64,000 nt of DNA, from the NCBI GenBank assembly GCA_965205675.1, contig OZ242186.1, positions 1,024,001 through 1,088,000 of the forward strand, written 5' to 3'. Within the stretch, counting starts at the first letter, position 1; each line of letters opens with the position of its first letter. Below, piece by piece: positions 53,618 to 63,822 of this stretch. Below the pieces are notes generated by a model. That model had not been told where the DNA came from and ran no database searches. It worked only from the letters and a program-made list of their open reading frames with translations. A program made the translations under genes and the position numbers. This stretch comes from Nitrosopumilus sp. (GTDB lineage Archaea > Thermoproteota > Nitrososphaeria > Nitrososphaerales > Nitrosopumilaceae).

Positions 53618-54028
53618 TTATTCAATATTTTCAATAATTTGTTTATTTTCTTTTAATTCTGACATCACATTCATCACCATTTTTAAATCTAAATTATATT
53701 CATTAGATATGTCACTTGGATAAAATATTTGACCAATACTAATTTCTTTTAATATTATTTTTTTAACACTTTCTTTATCCAAATCAAAGTTGTCGTCACC
53801 TGTATTTTCTTGTATTTGAGCTAAACCGTAATTTTCCATCATTTGTTGTATTTTCTCATCATTATCTTTCAACAATCTTTCTACCAAATCACATAATTCA
53901 AGTCCCAGATACTTAAAGTCGTCTAAATTAACATGTGTGGAATTTTGAAATTCTTTTTTTATGTAGTCTAATCTAAGAATATTCTGTTCTTGTAGTATTT
54001 CAGTTTTTTTTATCGATGTTCGTATCAT
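53618..54028 (-). CDS. hypothetical protein with C-terminal HTH-like segment
   Basis: FYPSDISNEYNLDLKMVMNVMSEL; ATGA-coupled to the upstream gene. Confidence 0.65.
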   Translation of the reverse strand: MIRTSIKKTEILQEQNILRLDYIKKEFQNSTHVNLDDFKYLGLELCDLVERLLKDNDEKIQQMMENYGLAQIQENTGDDNFDLDKESVKKIILKEISIGQIFYPSDISNEYNLDLKMVMNVMSELKENKQIIENIE

Positions 54029-54492
54029 ATTTTATCCACCATACGTTTCAGCATATGTCGTGGAACTTTTGTTGAAATATCATAATTCTGCAACACATTC
54101 AATTGATACATTGTTGTAATATAACGCAATTGTTTGAGACACTCATATAATTGACTATGATCTTTTGTATCATACGCATCTGCTAAAAGTTGCATTTTCT
54201 CAGATATATCTAAATCTATTTTGTCATTAACTTCTTTTGGAATTGTATAAGTAGAGAAATCCTTTAAATTATCAAATACACTTTCTAAAACCTCACTTAT
54301 GAATACCTCATCTTTTAATTCTAAATTCCATGCAAATTTTACTAATTCACTAGAAATTTTATTACAAACAGAATAATTTGTAATTTCGAGATTCTTTTGA
54401 ATCTCCTTAATTTTGTCAGTAAACACTATTTGTACATCTTTCATATACTTAATGAAACTAATTTCATTTACAATATAAATATGATGATTCAA
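54025..54492 (-). CDS. hypothetical helical protein
   Basis: Intact ORF overlapping the next gene; start probably a downstream ATG. Confidence 0.6.
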   Translation of the reverse strand: MNHHIYIVNEISFIKYMKDVQIVFTDKIKEIQKNLEITNYSVCNKISSELVKFAWNLELKDEVFISEVLESVFDNLKDFSTYTIPKEVNDKIDLDISEKMQLLADAYDTKDHSQLYECLKQLRYITTMYQLNVLQNYDISTKVPRHMLKRMVDKI

Positions 54493-54638
54493 AGTTCCTT
54501 AATGGTCGGCAACTCTCAAACCAAATTGAGTTGAGATCACCAAAATTTAACAGTAGGGTTCGAAGATATATTGTTGTTCTAAATTAGCATGTGCAAACTA
54601 TCAAAATCATTAAGCCCAATTCGAAGAAGATCTATATT

Positions 54639-54805
54639 CAGTAGATGGGAAAGTAACTCAAGTTACACATTCTAGAAAATAATTATTTTTGTTATTTCTA
54701 AAATAATGAATAATTATCTTTACAAAGAAATATTTGAGAATTTCAATTGATATTATTGGTTTGTGATTTTGTACATTAGTTTCTTCTGAGATAATCAAAT
54801 TAGCA
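54639..54805 (-). mobile_element. ISH3-like right-end fragment
   Basis: Near-identical to 51664-51830. Confidence 0.9.
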
Positions 54806-54851
54806 TTTAATACATTTACAGATATCTTTTTTAAAAATAAAAAAAATCTAT

Positions 54852-56045
54852 TGTACGAAAATTAGGTCGTCCTAAGATTAGACATTGTGTAAAGGAATAC
54901 TATAGACTATATCGATCTAAAATTATGAGGAAATATCTTACTGAGAAATCAATACGTTACATCATTGCACAGTGTAAACAAGGTCGTAGAACAGCTACAA
55001 TTGCATATGAAACGAATGTAACACAGAGACATATTCAACGTATTTGGGCAGAATTTCGTAAAACAGGTGGTACCACATGTACAAAAAACTCCTGGAAGAC
55101 ATTCATCAGCACCATCAGAGACCCAAACCAATCTAGTAGGTCGTAGAACAGCTACAATTGCATATGAAACGAATGTAACACAGAGACATATTCAACGTAT
55201 TTGGGCAGAATTTCGTAAAACAGGTGGTACCACATGTACAAAAAACTCCTGGAAGACATTCATCAGCACCATCAGAGACCCAAACCAATCTAGTATTACA
55301 AAAACACAAAGAACAACCAATAGGTGCAGTACGTCTTACAAAAGAACTCAAAGAAAAAGGTCACATTATAAGTTACCATAAAGTATACCAGATAATGAAG
55401 GCGAATCATCTATCAATTCCATCCCCTGCAAAATCACGTAAACGCAAATGGGTAAGATTTGAACGCAAGTATTCCAATGCAATGTGGCATGTGGATTGGC
55501 ATATGATGAAGGACCCACGCTTTAGAGGGCTGAATCTAGTCACATATCTTGATGATTCTTCAAGGTGTATCATGGCAGCACAAATATTCACTCAAGCTAC
55601 ATCAGAAAATGCAGTACGAGTCTTGTATAAAGCAGTCAAAAAGTTTGGTGTCCCTGCTACAATACTTTCAGATAACGGATTATGCTTTGTTGGAAGACAT
55701 CAAAAAAAACCAAAAGGTTCATGGAGTCCAACACTTTTTGAAGAAGCATTGCTAGACATGGGAATTGAGTTGATAAACTCCAGACCATATCATCCACAGA
55801 CAAATGGCAAGCTAGAACGATTCCACAGAAGTATTGAAGAAGAGATATTTCACTATGATAGTCTGTCTGAATATGTCAAATATTACAATGAACGCAGACT
55901 ACACTTTTCACTAGATATTGATGCAGGTGAACGACCACTAGATGCATTTAAAGCAAGAATTGCCACAAAAACGATCAGAGATGATAACCCCAATTGGGCT
56001 GAAGAGGATACAAATGGATAAGCGACATAATTTCCATATAGTACA
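54852..56045 (+). mobile_element. IS481-family element with a 157-bp internal tandem duplication
   Basis: TGTAC...GTACA ends; WHVDW, LDDSSR, LSDNG, HPQTNGKLERFH; 54981-55137 repeated at 55138-55294. Confidence 0.9.
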
Positions 56046-56083
56046 TAAAAATAAAAAAAAGATTGGATTTATTAATCTTCAAG

Positions 56084-56476
56084 TCATTCTTTTGTAGGAT
56101 CCCGACTTAGAATGTTTAACACATGTTCGATTATTTGCTTTTGTCCACCTTGATGTAAATCCATCCTAACTGTATCAGATCCCATACTTACAAAGATCAA
56201 ATTATCATCACCCAAAGGAAATGTAATCCTAGTAATTTTCTCAAATGCAGCAACTGCATACAGACCATATCCAATTTTAGGTCTGAGTTCCCTTCTACCT
56301 TTCCAAGAATTTGCAGCACGTATTAGAGATGATTTTGTTTCATCAGGAGACAAAAAATTGGTAACTCCATCACGATGACTTGTTGCAAGTATAGTTCCGT
56401 CTATATCAGTGACAATACTATGTCGGATGTTAATGTCTGAATTCATGATTCTCAATAAAAGATTCTCAAAATTCAT
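56084..56476 (-). CDS. roadblock/profilin-like small protein
   Basis: IRHSIVTDIDGTIL...FEKITRITFPL pattern. Confidence 0.7.
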   Translation of the reverse strand: MNFENLLLRIMNSDINIRHSIVTDIDGTILATSHRDGVTNFLSPDETKSSLIRAANSWKGRRELRPKIGYGLYAVAAFEKITRITFPLGDDNLIFVSMGSDTVRMDLHQGGQKQIIEHVLNILSRDPTKE

Positions 56477-56586
56477 CTTAATAATTACGTCAGAATATTA
56501 CTTAAAGGATCAGGCTCCGATCATGACAAAAGAATTTTTAAAATATGAGCATGATTTAAATTGTATAATCAAAGCATTGCAATCAA

Positions 56587-57324
56587 ATGCTTCCGGCACA
56601 ACAAGGTTACGATAGAGCAATTACGGTATTTTCACCAGACGGTAGACTATACCAAGTTGAATATGCTATTGAAACTGTAAGAAGGGGAACAATTGCCGTA
56701 GGTGTAAAATGTAAAGAAGGAATCGCCATTGCAGTCGAAGAAAAACCAAGAAAATTACAAATTTCAGAGACAGCTCAAAAGATTTTCCAAATTGATGATC
56801 ATGTAGGAGTTGCAGCAGCAGGATACATCCCAGATGCAAGAAGTCAGGTAGATAATGCAAGATTTTTTTCACAAAGTAACAGAATGATTTATGATGAACC
56901 AGTAGAAGTGGAAATAATTGCAAAACATTTAGCTGATCAATGCCAACAATATACACAGTATGCAGGAGTAAGGCCATACGGTGTCGCATTAATTTTAGGA
57001 GGAGTGGTAAATAACACACCGCAGTTGTATCTAACTGATCCAAGTGGAACATACATTTCATATGATGCAATGGCAATTGGTTCAGGCTCTGATCAGGTTA
57101 CAGACTTTTTAGAAAAAACATACAAAGAAGATCTCTCGCTAGATGATGCTGCAACATTAGCTTCTGCAGGAATTTATCTTTCAAGTGAAGATAAAGAAGG
57201 AACAAGTCACATCAGAATGGCATGTGTTAAAAAAGAGACAGGATTATATGAATTAGTTTCAGATGCAGAGATTGCAAAGTATGCAAATGATGCTAAAGAA
57301 AAATATCCACACGAGCAAAAATAA
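56587..57324 (+). CDS. psmA: proteasome subunit alpha
   Basis: GYDRAITVFSPDGRLYQVEYA signature. Confidence 0.98.
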   Translation: MLPAQQGYDRAITVFSPDGRLYQVEYAIETVRRGTIAVGVKCKEGIAIAVEEKPRKLQISETAQKIFQIDDHVGVAAAGYIPDARSQVDNARFFSQSNRMIYDEPVEVEIIAKHLADQCQQYTQYAGVRPYGVALILGGVVNNTPQLYLTDPSGTYISYDAMAIGSGSDQVTDFLEKTYKEDLSLDDAATLASAGIYLSSEDKEGTSHIRMACVKKETGLYELVSDAEIAKYANDAKEKYPHEQK

Positions 57325-57355
57325 TTATTTTAAATATTTGAGAGATTAAATTACA

Positions 57356-58162
57356 TTGAAATTATCTGTTGCAATTCCAGAATCTGCTTTATCAGATGAA
57401 TCACTTAAAATTGATAAAACTCGAAAAATATCCGTTCTAGCTAGGGCATGTGCAATTTTTAAAATTGATACAATCTATGTCTACCAAGAAAGAGACAAAA
57501 AAACAGATCCAGGATTAATGATAATGATTCTAAAATATTTAGAAACACCACAATTTTTGAGAAGGAGATTGTTTCCTAAAATGAACGACTTGAAATTTGC
57601 AGGAGTTTTACAACCATTAAAAATTTCAAGCCATGTTACGCCAGTAAATTCTAAAAAAATTAAAGCCGGAGACATCAGAGAAGGTATTGTTGTAAGTGCA
57701 AAGGGGAAAAAGTTTGTAGATGTTGGAATTAATCAATTAATCCAATATTATGGAGATGCCTCAACGGGGAAAAGGATCACAGTTAGATTCAAAGAAGGAT
57801 ATCCAAGATTATCAGTCAAAGATATTGAAAAAAGTAAAATTCCAACTTATTGGGGGTATTCTGTTAAAGAGCGCGCAAACTTGTTTTCAGTACTATCAGA
57901 ATGGAAAGGGAACATCATAATCACTACAAGAAAAGGAAAATCAGTGTCAAGTGATATATTATCAAAATATACAAAATCAGATGAACATACTCTAGTGGTT
58001 TTTGGATCACCTGAGAGAGGAGTTCACGAGATCATAGGAGGAAGAATGAATAAAGTTCAGAATGCAAAGTCACTAAACTTTTTTCCAAATCAGGCAACTG
58101 AGACAGTACGTCTAGAAGAAGCGTTATTGGGAACATTGGCAATAATTAATGCCAACAATTAA
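57356..58162 (+). CDS. SPOUT-class RNA methyltransferase (DUF171 type)
   Basis: LSVAIPES, YLETPQFLR, VFGSPERG, PNQATETVRLEEA; usual position upstream of rpl3. Confidence 0.88.
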   Translation: MKLSVAIPESALSDESLKIDKTRKISVLARACAIFKIDTIYVYQERDKKTDPGLMIMILKYLETPQFLRRRLFPKMNDLKFAGVLQPLKISSHVTPVNSKKIKAGDIREGIVVSAKGKKFVDVGINQLIQYYGDASTGKRITVRFKEGYPRLSVKDIEKSKIPTYWGYSVKERANLFSVLSEWKGNIIITTRKGKSVSSDILSKYTKSDEHTLVVFGSPERGVHEIIGGRMNKVQNAKSLNFFPNQATETVRLEEALLGTLAIINANN

Positions 58163-58169
58163 CCAGATC

Positions 58170-58280
58170 ATGGCTGAGAAGAAAAATTTTCTATTATTTG
58201 CAATCGGGCTAGGAGTTACAGGGATCATTATTGGAGGATTTACAATTTGGAATTCTGTATCGGGATTAATTTCACCATAA
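58170..58280 (+). CDS. 36-aa single-TM microprotein (not in ORF track)
   Basis: Hand translation MAEKKNFLLFAIGLGVTGIIIGGFTIWNSVSGLISP. Confidence 0.55.
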   Translation: MAEKKNFLLFAIGLGVTGIIIGGFTIWNSVSGLISP

Positions 58281-58373
58281 CAAATTAGGCATAGATGGTT
58301 AACCTAAATTTTTTAAATGGTTAACAATGTCCCACATGGTTTAATAGAGGGCAATCGATGATGCGGTTTAGCC

Positions 58374-59369
58374 ATGGGAGCTCGAAAACGACATCAACCA
58401 CGCAGAGGCAGTCTTGCATATTCACGTAGAGTACGCGCAAAAACTATGGAAGCAAGGATTAGAGCATGGCCAACTAGAACAAGTTCTGAAGAGCCAAAAA
58501 TTTTAGCACATTGCGGATTCAAAGCAGGCTGTGTTCAAATTGTTAGCATTGATGATCGTGACAAAGTCCCAAACGCAGGAAAGCAACTAGTAAGTTTAGG
58601 CACAGTGTTAGTTACTCCACCAGTTTTGATTTTAGGAGTTAGAGGATATTCAAAAGATCATTATGGCAAACATGCGGAGTTTGATGTGTATGCAGAAGAT
58701 ATTCCAAAAAACATTGCTAAAGAAATTACAATTAAAAATATTGCAGGATCAATGGAGAACGCAGAATCAAGATTAAAAAAAATTAAAGAAATTTATGCAA
58801 TTGTTGCAGTTTCTCCAAGATCTGCAGGATTAGAAATGAAAAAACCATATATTTTTGAAGCAATGGTTAGTGGTGGAAATATTGAAAAACAATTTGTACA
58901 CGTTAAAGAATCATTAGGAAAAGAAATTAAAATTGCTCAAATTTTTGAGACCGGTTCAACTGTAGATGTTGCAGCAATTACTAAAGGACACGGATGGCAA
59001 GGAGTCATGAGAAGATGGAATGTAAAAAAGAAACAACACAAGTCAAGAAAAACAGTTAGAGAAGTTGGTTCACTGGGTCCCATTTCACCACAAAGTGTAA
59101 TGTATACAGTACCAAGAGCAGGTCAAACAGGATTCCATCAAAGAGTAGAATACGATAAAAGAATCATGATCATAGGAAACACAGAGTCAGATGAAATAAA
59201 AATTAATCCTAAAGGAGGATACAAGCACTTTGGTTTAGTGAGAGGAGATTTTATCATTTTAAAAGGGTCAGTTCCAGGAACATACAAGAGACTAATCAAA
59301 CTAAGAAGTCAAATCAGAAATGCACCTGACAAAGTAATCAAGCCAAACATTTTGGAGGTAGTAGTATAA
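58374..59369 (+). CDS. rpl3: 50S ribosomal protein L3
   Basis: PRRGSLAY, GFKAG, TKGHGWQG. Confidence 0.97.
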   Translation: MGARKRHQPRRGSLAYSRRVRAKTMEARIRAWPTRTSSEEPKILAHCGFKAGCVQIVSIDDRDKVPNAGKQLVSLGTVLVTPPVLILGVRGYSKDHYGKHAEFDVYAEDIPKNIAKEITIKNIAGSMENAESRLKKIKEIYAIVAVSPRSAGLEMKKPYIFEAMVSGGNIEKQFVHVKESLGKEIKIAQIFETGSTVDVAAITKGHGWQGVMRRWNVKKKQHKSRKTVREVGSLGPISPQSVMYTVPRAGQTGFHQRVEYDKRIMIIGNTESDEIKINPKGGYKHFGLVRGDFIILKGSVPGTYKRLIKLRSQIRNAPDKVIKPNILEVVV

Positions 59370-60181
59370 TGAAGGCGGCAACATACACTACAACAGGGAC
59401 TAGAGATACAGAAATTGAATTGCCAATGATCTTCTCAACTCCATTTAGGAGAGAATTAATCCACAAAGCTTTTACTAATTTAACATCACACAAATTCCAA
59501 AAACAAGGAAGAAAACCAAATGCAGGTATGGATGTAGTTGCAGATTCTAATGATCCTCCAACAGGTCAAGGGGTTTCTCGTGTTGCAAGAATGCAAGGAG
59601 GCGGGGGTGGAAGACAGGGACAAGGTGCAGAAGTAGCATCAACTAGAGGAGGAAGACAAGCACATCCGCCAATTGTCGAAAAAGTAATTTACAAAAAGTT
59701 AAACAAAAAAGAGAATAAACTAGCATTATGTTCTGCAATTGCAGCAACAGCATCAAAAGATCTTGTAAAAGCAAGAGGTCATAAAATTAAAGGCATAGAA
59801 TCATTGCCAATTATAGTATCAAATGATATAGAATCTATTGCCAAAACAAATGAAATCACCAAAGTGTTAGATGCGTTAAAACTATCACAAGATATAGAGC
59901 GATTAAGCACTAGGAAGCCACGTTCTGGTCAATCAAGACTTCGAGGAAGAACCAAAAAAGTTGGAAAAAGTGTGCTATTTGTAACTACAGATTCATCAAA
60001 TCTTTCAAAAGCAACAGGGGCATTACCAGGTATAGAAGTAAAAAATGTTAAAGAATTAAGTGTGTTAGACCTGGCTCCGGGTTCTGATCCAATTAGATTA
60101 ACAGTATATTCCAAATCAGCAATAGAAGAAATTGGAAAGATAAAATCAACACATCTAAAAGTAATGGCGAATTTGCAATGA
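59369..60181 (+). CDS. rpl4: 50S ribosomal protein L4
   Basis: TRGGRQAHPP, LAPG; operon position. Confidence 0.97.
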   Translation: MKAATYTTTGTRDTEIELPMIFSTPFRRELIHKAFTNLTSHKFQKQGRKPNAGMDVVADSNDPPTGQGVSRVARMQGGGGGRQGQGAEVASTRGGRQAHPPIVEKVIYKKLNKKENKLALCSAIAATASKDLVKARGHKIKGIESLPIIVSNDIESIAKTNEITKVLDALKLSQDIERLSTRKPRSGQSRLRGRTKKVGKSVLFVTTDSSNLSKATGALPGIEVKNVKELSVLDLAPGSDPIRLTVYSKSAIEEIGKIKSTHLKVMANLQ

Positions 60182-60444
60182 ATATAGATCAAGCAATGAA
60201 AATCATTTTGAAGCCATACATTACAGAGAAAACCTTTGCAATGATAGAGAATGAAAGCAAAATTTGTTTCATAGTAGAAATATCAGCCAACAAATCAGAA
60301 ATTTCAGAAGCAGTAAAGACACTGTATAATCAAAAAGTCAAAAAAGTAAACACTGCGAGAACAATTTACGGCAAAAAAGCTTTTGTTCAGTTTGAAAATA
60401 CTGAAAAAGCCAGAGATTTGGCAACGAAGATAGGAATGCTATAA
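60178..60444 (+). CDS. rpl23: 50S ribosomal protein L23
   Basis: PYITEK, KVNT, GKKAFV. Confidence 0.96.
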   Translation: MNIDQAMKIILKPYITEKTFAMIENESKICFIVEISANKSEISEAVKTLYNQKVKKVNTARTIYGKKAFVQFENTEKARDLATKIGML

Positions 60445-60488
60445 TATGGACCACAGGACTCGAGATATATTAACAGAGGAGAAGAGAG

Positions 60489-60884
60489 ATGGTTAAAGAA
60501 TTTTTGTACAGAGGCATTCCAAAAGAGGAACTGGATAATTTGTCTTTAGAAAAATTATTCTTGTTATTTAATTCCAGACAGAGACGATCACTTACCAGAG
60601 GAATCACAGATGGGAAAAGAAAATTAATTGAAGAAATTAAAGCCACAAAAGCAGGCAAACTAAAAAATCCAATCAAAACCCATGTAAGGGATTTAATTAT
60701 TCTGCCATACATGGTAGGCGTTACAGTAAATACATTCTCAGGAAAAGAATTCCAACCAGTTGCAATAACAACTGAAATGATTGGGCACTATTTAGGAGAG
60801 TATGTAATAACAAACAAGAGAGTTTCACATGGCGCTCCAGGTGTTGGTGCATCAAGATCCAGTCTCTACGTACCATTGAAGTGA
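60489..60884 (+). CDS. rps19: 30S ribosomal protein S19
   Basis: KTHVRD, EMIGHYLGE, ASRSSLYVPLK. Confidence 0.97.
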   Translation: MVKEFLYRGIPKEELDNLSLEKLFLLFNSRQRRSLTRGITDGKRKLIEEIKATKAGKLKNPIKTHVRDLIILPYMVGVTVNTFSGKEFQPVAITTEMIGHYLGEYVITNKRVSHGAPGVGASRSSLYVPLK

Positions 60885-60889
60885 TTATT

Positions 60890-61348
60890 ATGGGTAGATT
60901 CGATTACGCTTTCCAAAATTATGACTCAACAAGACACGTACGTTCTTCATTAAGAGAAAAAGACATTTCACACAAGCATGCACGTGAAGTTGCAGTATCA
61001 ATTAAAGGATTATCAATTGAAAAAGCAAGAGACTATCTTATTGCAGTAATTGATGAAAAAAGAGCAGTTCCATTTAGAAGATACAAAAACCAAGTTGGAC
61101 ACAGACCAGACCCAGGAGTGATGTCTGGACGGTATCCACAAAAAACGGCAAAAGAGTTTATCAAAGTCTTAGATAATTTAGAATCAAATGCAGAATACAA
61201 AGGAATGGACTTGGATAGGTTAAGAATCATCAATGCAACTGTTCACAAAGGCGTGACTGTAAAAAGATTCATTCCAAGAGCAATGGGAAGAGCAACGCCG
61301 AAGAATAATGTACTAACTCATGTAGAATTGGTGGCAAGGGAGATCTAG
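60890..61348 (+). CDS. rpl22: 50S ribosomal protein L22
   Basis: [15 protein letters not shown]; ATG at 60890. Confidence 0.96.
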   Translation: MGRFDYAFQNYDSTRHVRSSLREKDISHKHAREVAVSIKGLSIEKARDYLIAVIDEKRAVPFRRYKNQVGHRPDPGVMSGRYPQKTAKEFIKVLDNLESNAEYKGMDLDRLRIINATVHKGVTVKRFIPRAMGRATPKNNVLTHVELVAREI

Positions 61349-61350
61349 AA

Positions 61351-62139
61351 ATGTCAGCTGTGAAAAACGTAATTAGAGATAACTACAACATGATGCTACT
61401 CAAAGATTATCTTAGAGAGGCAATCAAAGACGCAGGATTTTCACATGCAGAAATTTCAAAAACGCCAGTAGGAACTAGAGTTGCATTACATGTAACAAGA
61501 CCAGGAATAGTAATTGGAAGGAAAGGTTCGGGAATTAGAGCCTTAACTGATAAACTTGCAGTAGATTTTGGATTAAAAAATCCACAGATTTCAGTAGTTG
61601 AAATTGAAAAACCAGAGCTTGCACCAAGCGTAATGTGTAACAGAATGGCATCGCATTTGGAAAGAGGTACGGCATTTAGAAGAGCAACCATGTGGACGTT
61701 AAAGCAAATAATGGAAGGAGGTGCAATGGGAGTACAAATTACAATTTCAGGAAAACTCAGAGGAGATCGTTCAGCATTTGAAAAGCACACTCAAGGAATT
61801 TTACCAAGAGCAGGTCATCATGCAGAAATTATAGTTGATGAGGATATTGCACACGTAAAAACAGCAATGGGGTTGATTGGAATTAGAATAAGAATTGCAA
61901 GAAAAGAGAAACTAATTCCAGAATTTGAAATGAGAGTTGAGAAAGTAAAGAAAGGAAAACAATCACCAGAAGAAAAAATCAAAGTTGAAGAAATTGAAAT
62001 TGAGGGTGCCAAGGTAGAAGTAGTCAAAGTAGAAGGCAAAGCCGATACAGCTAAATCAGAATCAGAAAGAATTGCATTAGAAGCAAAAAAGATGGAAGGC
62101 ATTGAGACATTAGAAGAAGAAGAGGCCAAGATGAAATGA
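61351..62139 (+). CDS. rps3: 30S ribosomal protein S3
   Basis: [12 protein letters not shown] domain, ISGKLRG; charged C-terminal extension. Confidence 0.97.
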   Translation: MSAVKNVIRDNYNMMLLKDYLREAIKDAGFSHAEISKTPVGTRVALHVTRPGIVIGRKGSGIRALTDKLAVDFGLKNPQISVVEIEKPELAPSVMCNRMASHLERGTAFRRATMWTLKQIMEGGAMGVQITISGKLRGDRSAFEKHTQGILPRAGHHAEIIVDEDIAHVKTAMGLIGIRIRIARKEKLIPEFEMRVEKVKKGKQSPEEKIKVEEIEIEGAKVEVVKVEGKADTAKSESERIALEAKKMEGIETLEEEEAKMK

Positions 62140-62342
62140 CCAGACTCAGCATGAAGACCATTAAACAATTAACTGAAAAAGATCTAAAAAGTAAAGTTCA
62201 GGAGACACGTAGTGAATTAGGTAAGCTCAGAGTTGATGCATCTAAAGGAACGTTAAGAAAAGAAAGCGGAAAGTTAAAACCACTACGACATGACATTGCA
62301 AGAATGATGACAAGATTAAGTGAGATGAAAAAAGAGAAATGA
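62136..62342 (+). CDS. rpl29: 50S ribosomal protein L29
   Basis: [10 protein letters not shown]; operon position. Confidence 0.93.
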   Translation: MTRLSMKTIKQLTEKDLKSKVQETRSELGKLRVDASKGTLRKESGKLKPLRHDIARMMTRLSEMKKEK

Positions 62343-62605
62343 TAACTGCAGATAACATAACATCACATGAATTTATAGGATTAGATACTGAGATCATCAA
62401 ATCTACAAATCCACAAGTAATAGGATTAAATGGAAGAATTATCAATGAAACAAAATCAATGTTTACACTAAATACTCAGAAAGGGGTAAAAAATATTACA
62501 AAATTAAACAATGACTGGAAGTTCGTAATCGAGAGAAAAGAAGTCATAGTTGAGGGTGCCAGAATTAGAAAAAGACCATTTGATAGAATCGGAGGAAAAT
62601 CATGA
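62339..62605 (+). CDS. rnp1: ribonuclease P protein component 1 (Rpp29/POP4)
   Basis: HEFIGL, GRIINETK, RPFDR. Confidence 0.92.
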   Translation: MITADNITSHEFIGLDTEIIKSTNPQVIGLNGRIINETKSMFTLNTQKGVKNITKLNNDWKFVIERKEVIVEGARIRKRPFDRIGGKS

Positions 62606-62925
62606 CTCAGAATATAGGATTAAAAATCAAGGAACCTGCAAGAGAATGTGAAGATAAACACTGTCCTTTCCACGGAGATTTGTCAATTAGAGGAAAATTA
62701 TTTGACGGCAAAGTAACAGGAAGTAAAGCAAAACAAACCATCACATTACAAAAAGATGCGCCAATTTACTTTAGTAAATTTAAGAGATATGCAAGGGGCA
62801 CAAGTACAATACACGCACACGTTCCAGGATGTATAGATGTTGAAACAGGAGATCATGTGTTAACTGCAGAATGCAGACCAATCTCCAAATCAATATCATA
62901 TGTCGTAGTGGAGGTTAAGACATAA
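62602..62925 (+). CDS. rps17: 30S ribosomal protein S17
   Basis: CEDKHCPFHG, AECRPISK. Confidence 0.96.
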   Translation: MTQNIGLKIKEPARECEDKHCPFHGDLSIRGKLFDGKVTGSKAKQTITLQKDAPIYFSKFKRYARGTSTIHAHVPGCIDVETGDHVLTAECRPISKSISYVVVEVKT

Positions 62926-63347
62926 TGGCAAAGCAAGCAGGCAAAGGCGTAGAAGAGTTCAGACCGTATGTAACCAAAGTAATTCCAATTGGTGCAAATA
63001 TTGTATGTGCAGATAATTCAGGCGCAAAAATTTTAGAAGTGATTAATGTTCCAAGACACCACACCAGATCATCAAGACTGGCATCCGCATCTGTTGGTGA
63101 TTTTTGTAATGTAGTAGTAAAAAAAGGTCCTGCAGAATTAAGAAAGCAAGTTTATGGCGCAGTAATTATTAGGCAAAAATATGCAGTTCGGAGATTAAAT
63201 GGTGTAAGAGTTTGTTTTGAAGATAACGCAGCAGTACTAATCACTCCAGAAGGAGAGACAAAAGGTACAGACATCAAAGGACCAGTAGCAGCAGAAGCTA
63301 CAGAAAAATGGCCAAGGGTAGCTAACTTGGCATCAATGGTGGTATGA
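62925..63347 (+). CDS. rpl14: 50S ribosomal protein L14
   Basis: [22 protein letters not shown]. Confidence 0.97.
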   Translation: MAKQAGKGVEEFRPYVTKVIPIGANIVCADNSGAKILEVINVPRHHTRSSRLASASVGDFCNVVVKKGPAELRKQVYGAVIIRQKYAVRRLNGVRVCFEDNAAVLITPEGETKGTDIKGPVAAEATEKWPRVANLASMVV

Positions 63348-63351
63348 CAAA

Positions 63352-63822
63352 ATGAAACCAACGAAAATGCGCAATCAGATGATTTATCAGGCAACATATA
63401 AAACTAAAAGCAAACAGCTTGGAAGCGCACTTTCAAAAGATCTTCATAAAAAATATGGAAAGCGAAGCGTTAGAGTAATTGAAGGAGACAGCGTTAAAAT
63501 TCTAAGAGGAGAGTTTAAAGAAGTTGATGGCAAAGTAGCAAAGATATCTACAGAAAAAAGCAGTGTTGCAATTGAAGGAGTAAAGAAAGAAAAGACAAAA
63601 GGAGACAAATTTGATGTATACATCCACACATCTAATCTGGTAGTTACTTCGCTTGATACAGAAGATAAATGGAGAATTATGAAACTAGAAGGCAAAGATC
63701 CCAAAAAACAACCAAAAACTGAAAAAGTGAAAACAGAGACAAAACCAGAGCCTGCCAAAGAAGAAGCCCCTAAAGAAACAAAAGGAGTAGAAAAGACCAA
63801 AAAAGAGGAAGAGGGTAATTAA
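63352..63822 (+). CDS. rpl24: 50S ribosomal protein L24
   Basis: [15 protein letters not shown] motif, IHTSNL. Confidence 0.95.
   Translation: MKPTKMRNQMIYQATYKTKSKQLGSALSKDLHKKYGKRSVRVIEGDSVKILRGEFKEVDGKVAKISTEKSSVAIEGVKKEKTKGDKFDVYIHTSNLVVTSLDTEDKWRIMKLEGKDPKKQPKTEKVKTETKPEPAKEEAPKETKGVEKTKKEEEGN

Noticed and set aside
53100-53634. Possible decayed gene downstream of the 53618-54492 pair
   Set aside because: Fragmented frames with no identifiable motif
56666-63800. Antisense ORFs over psmA and ribosomal protein genes
   Set aside because: Shadow ORFs of conserved genes
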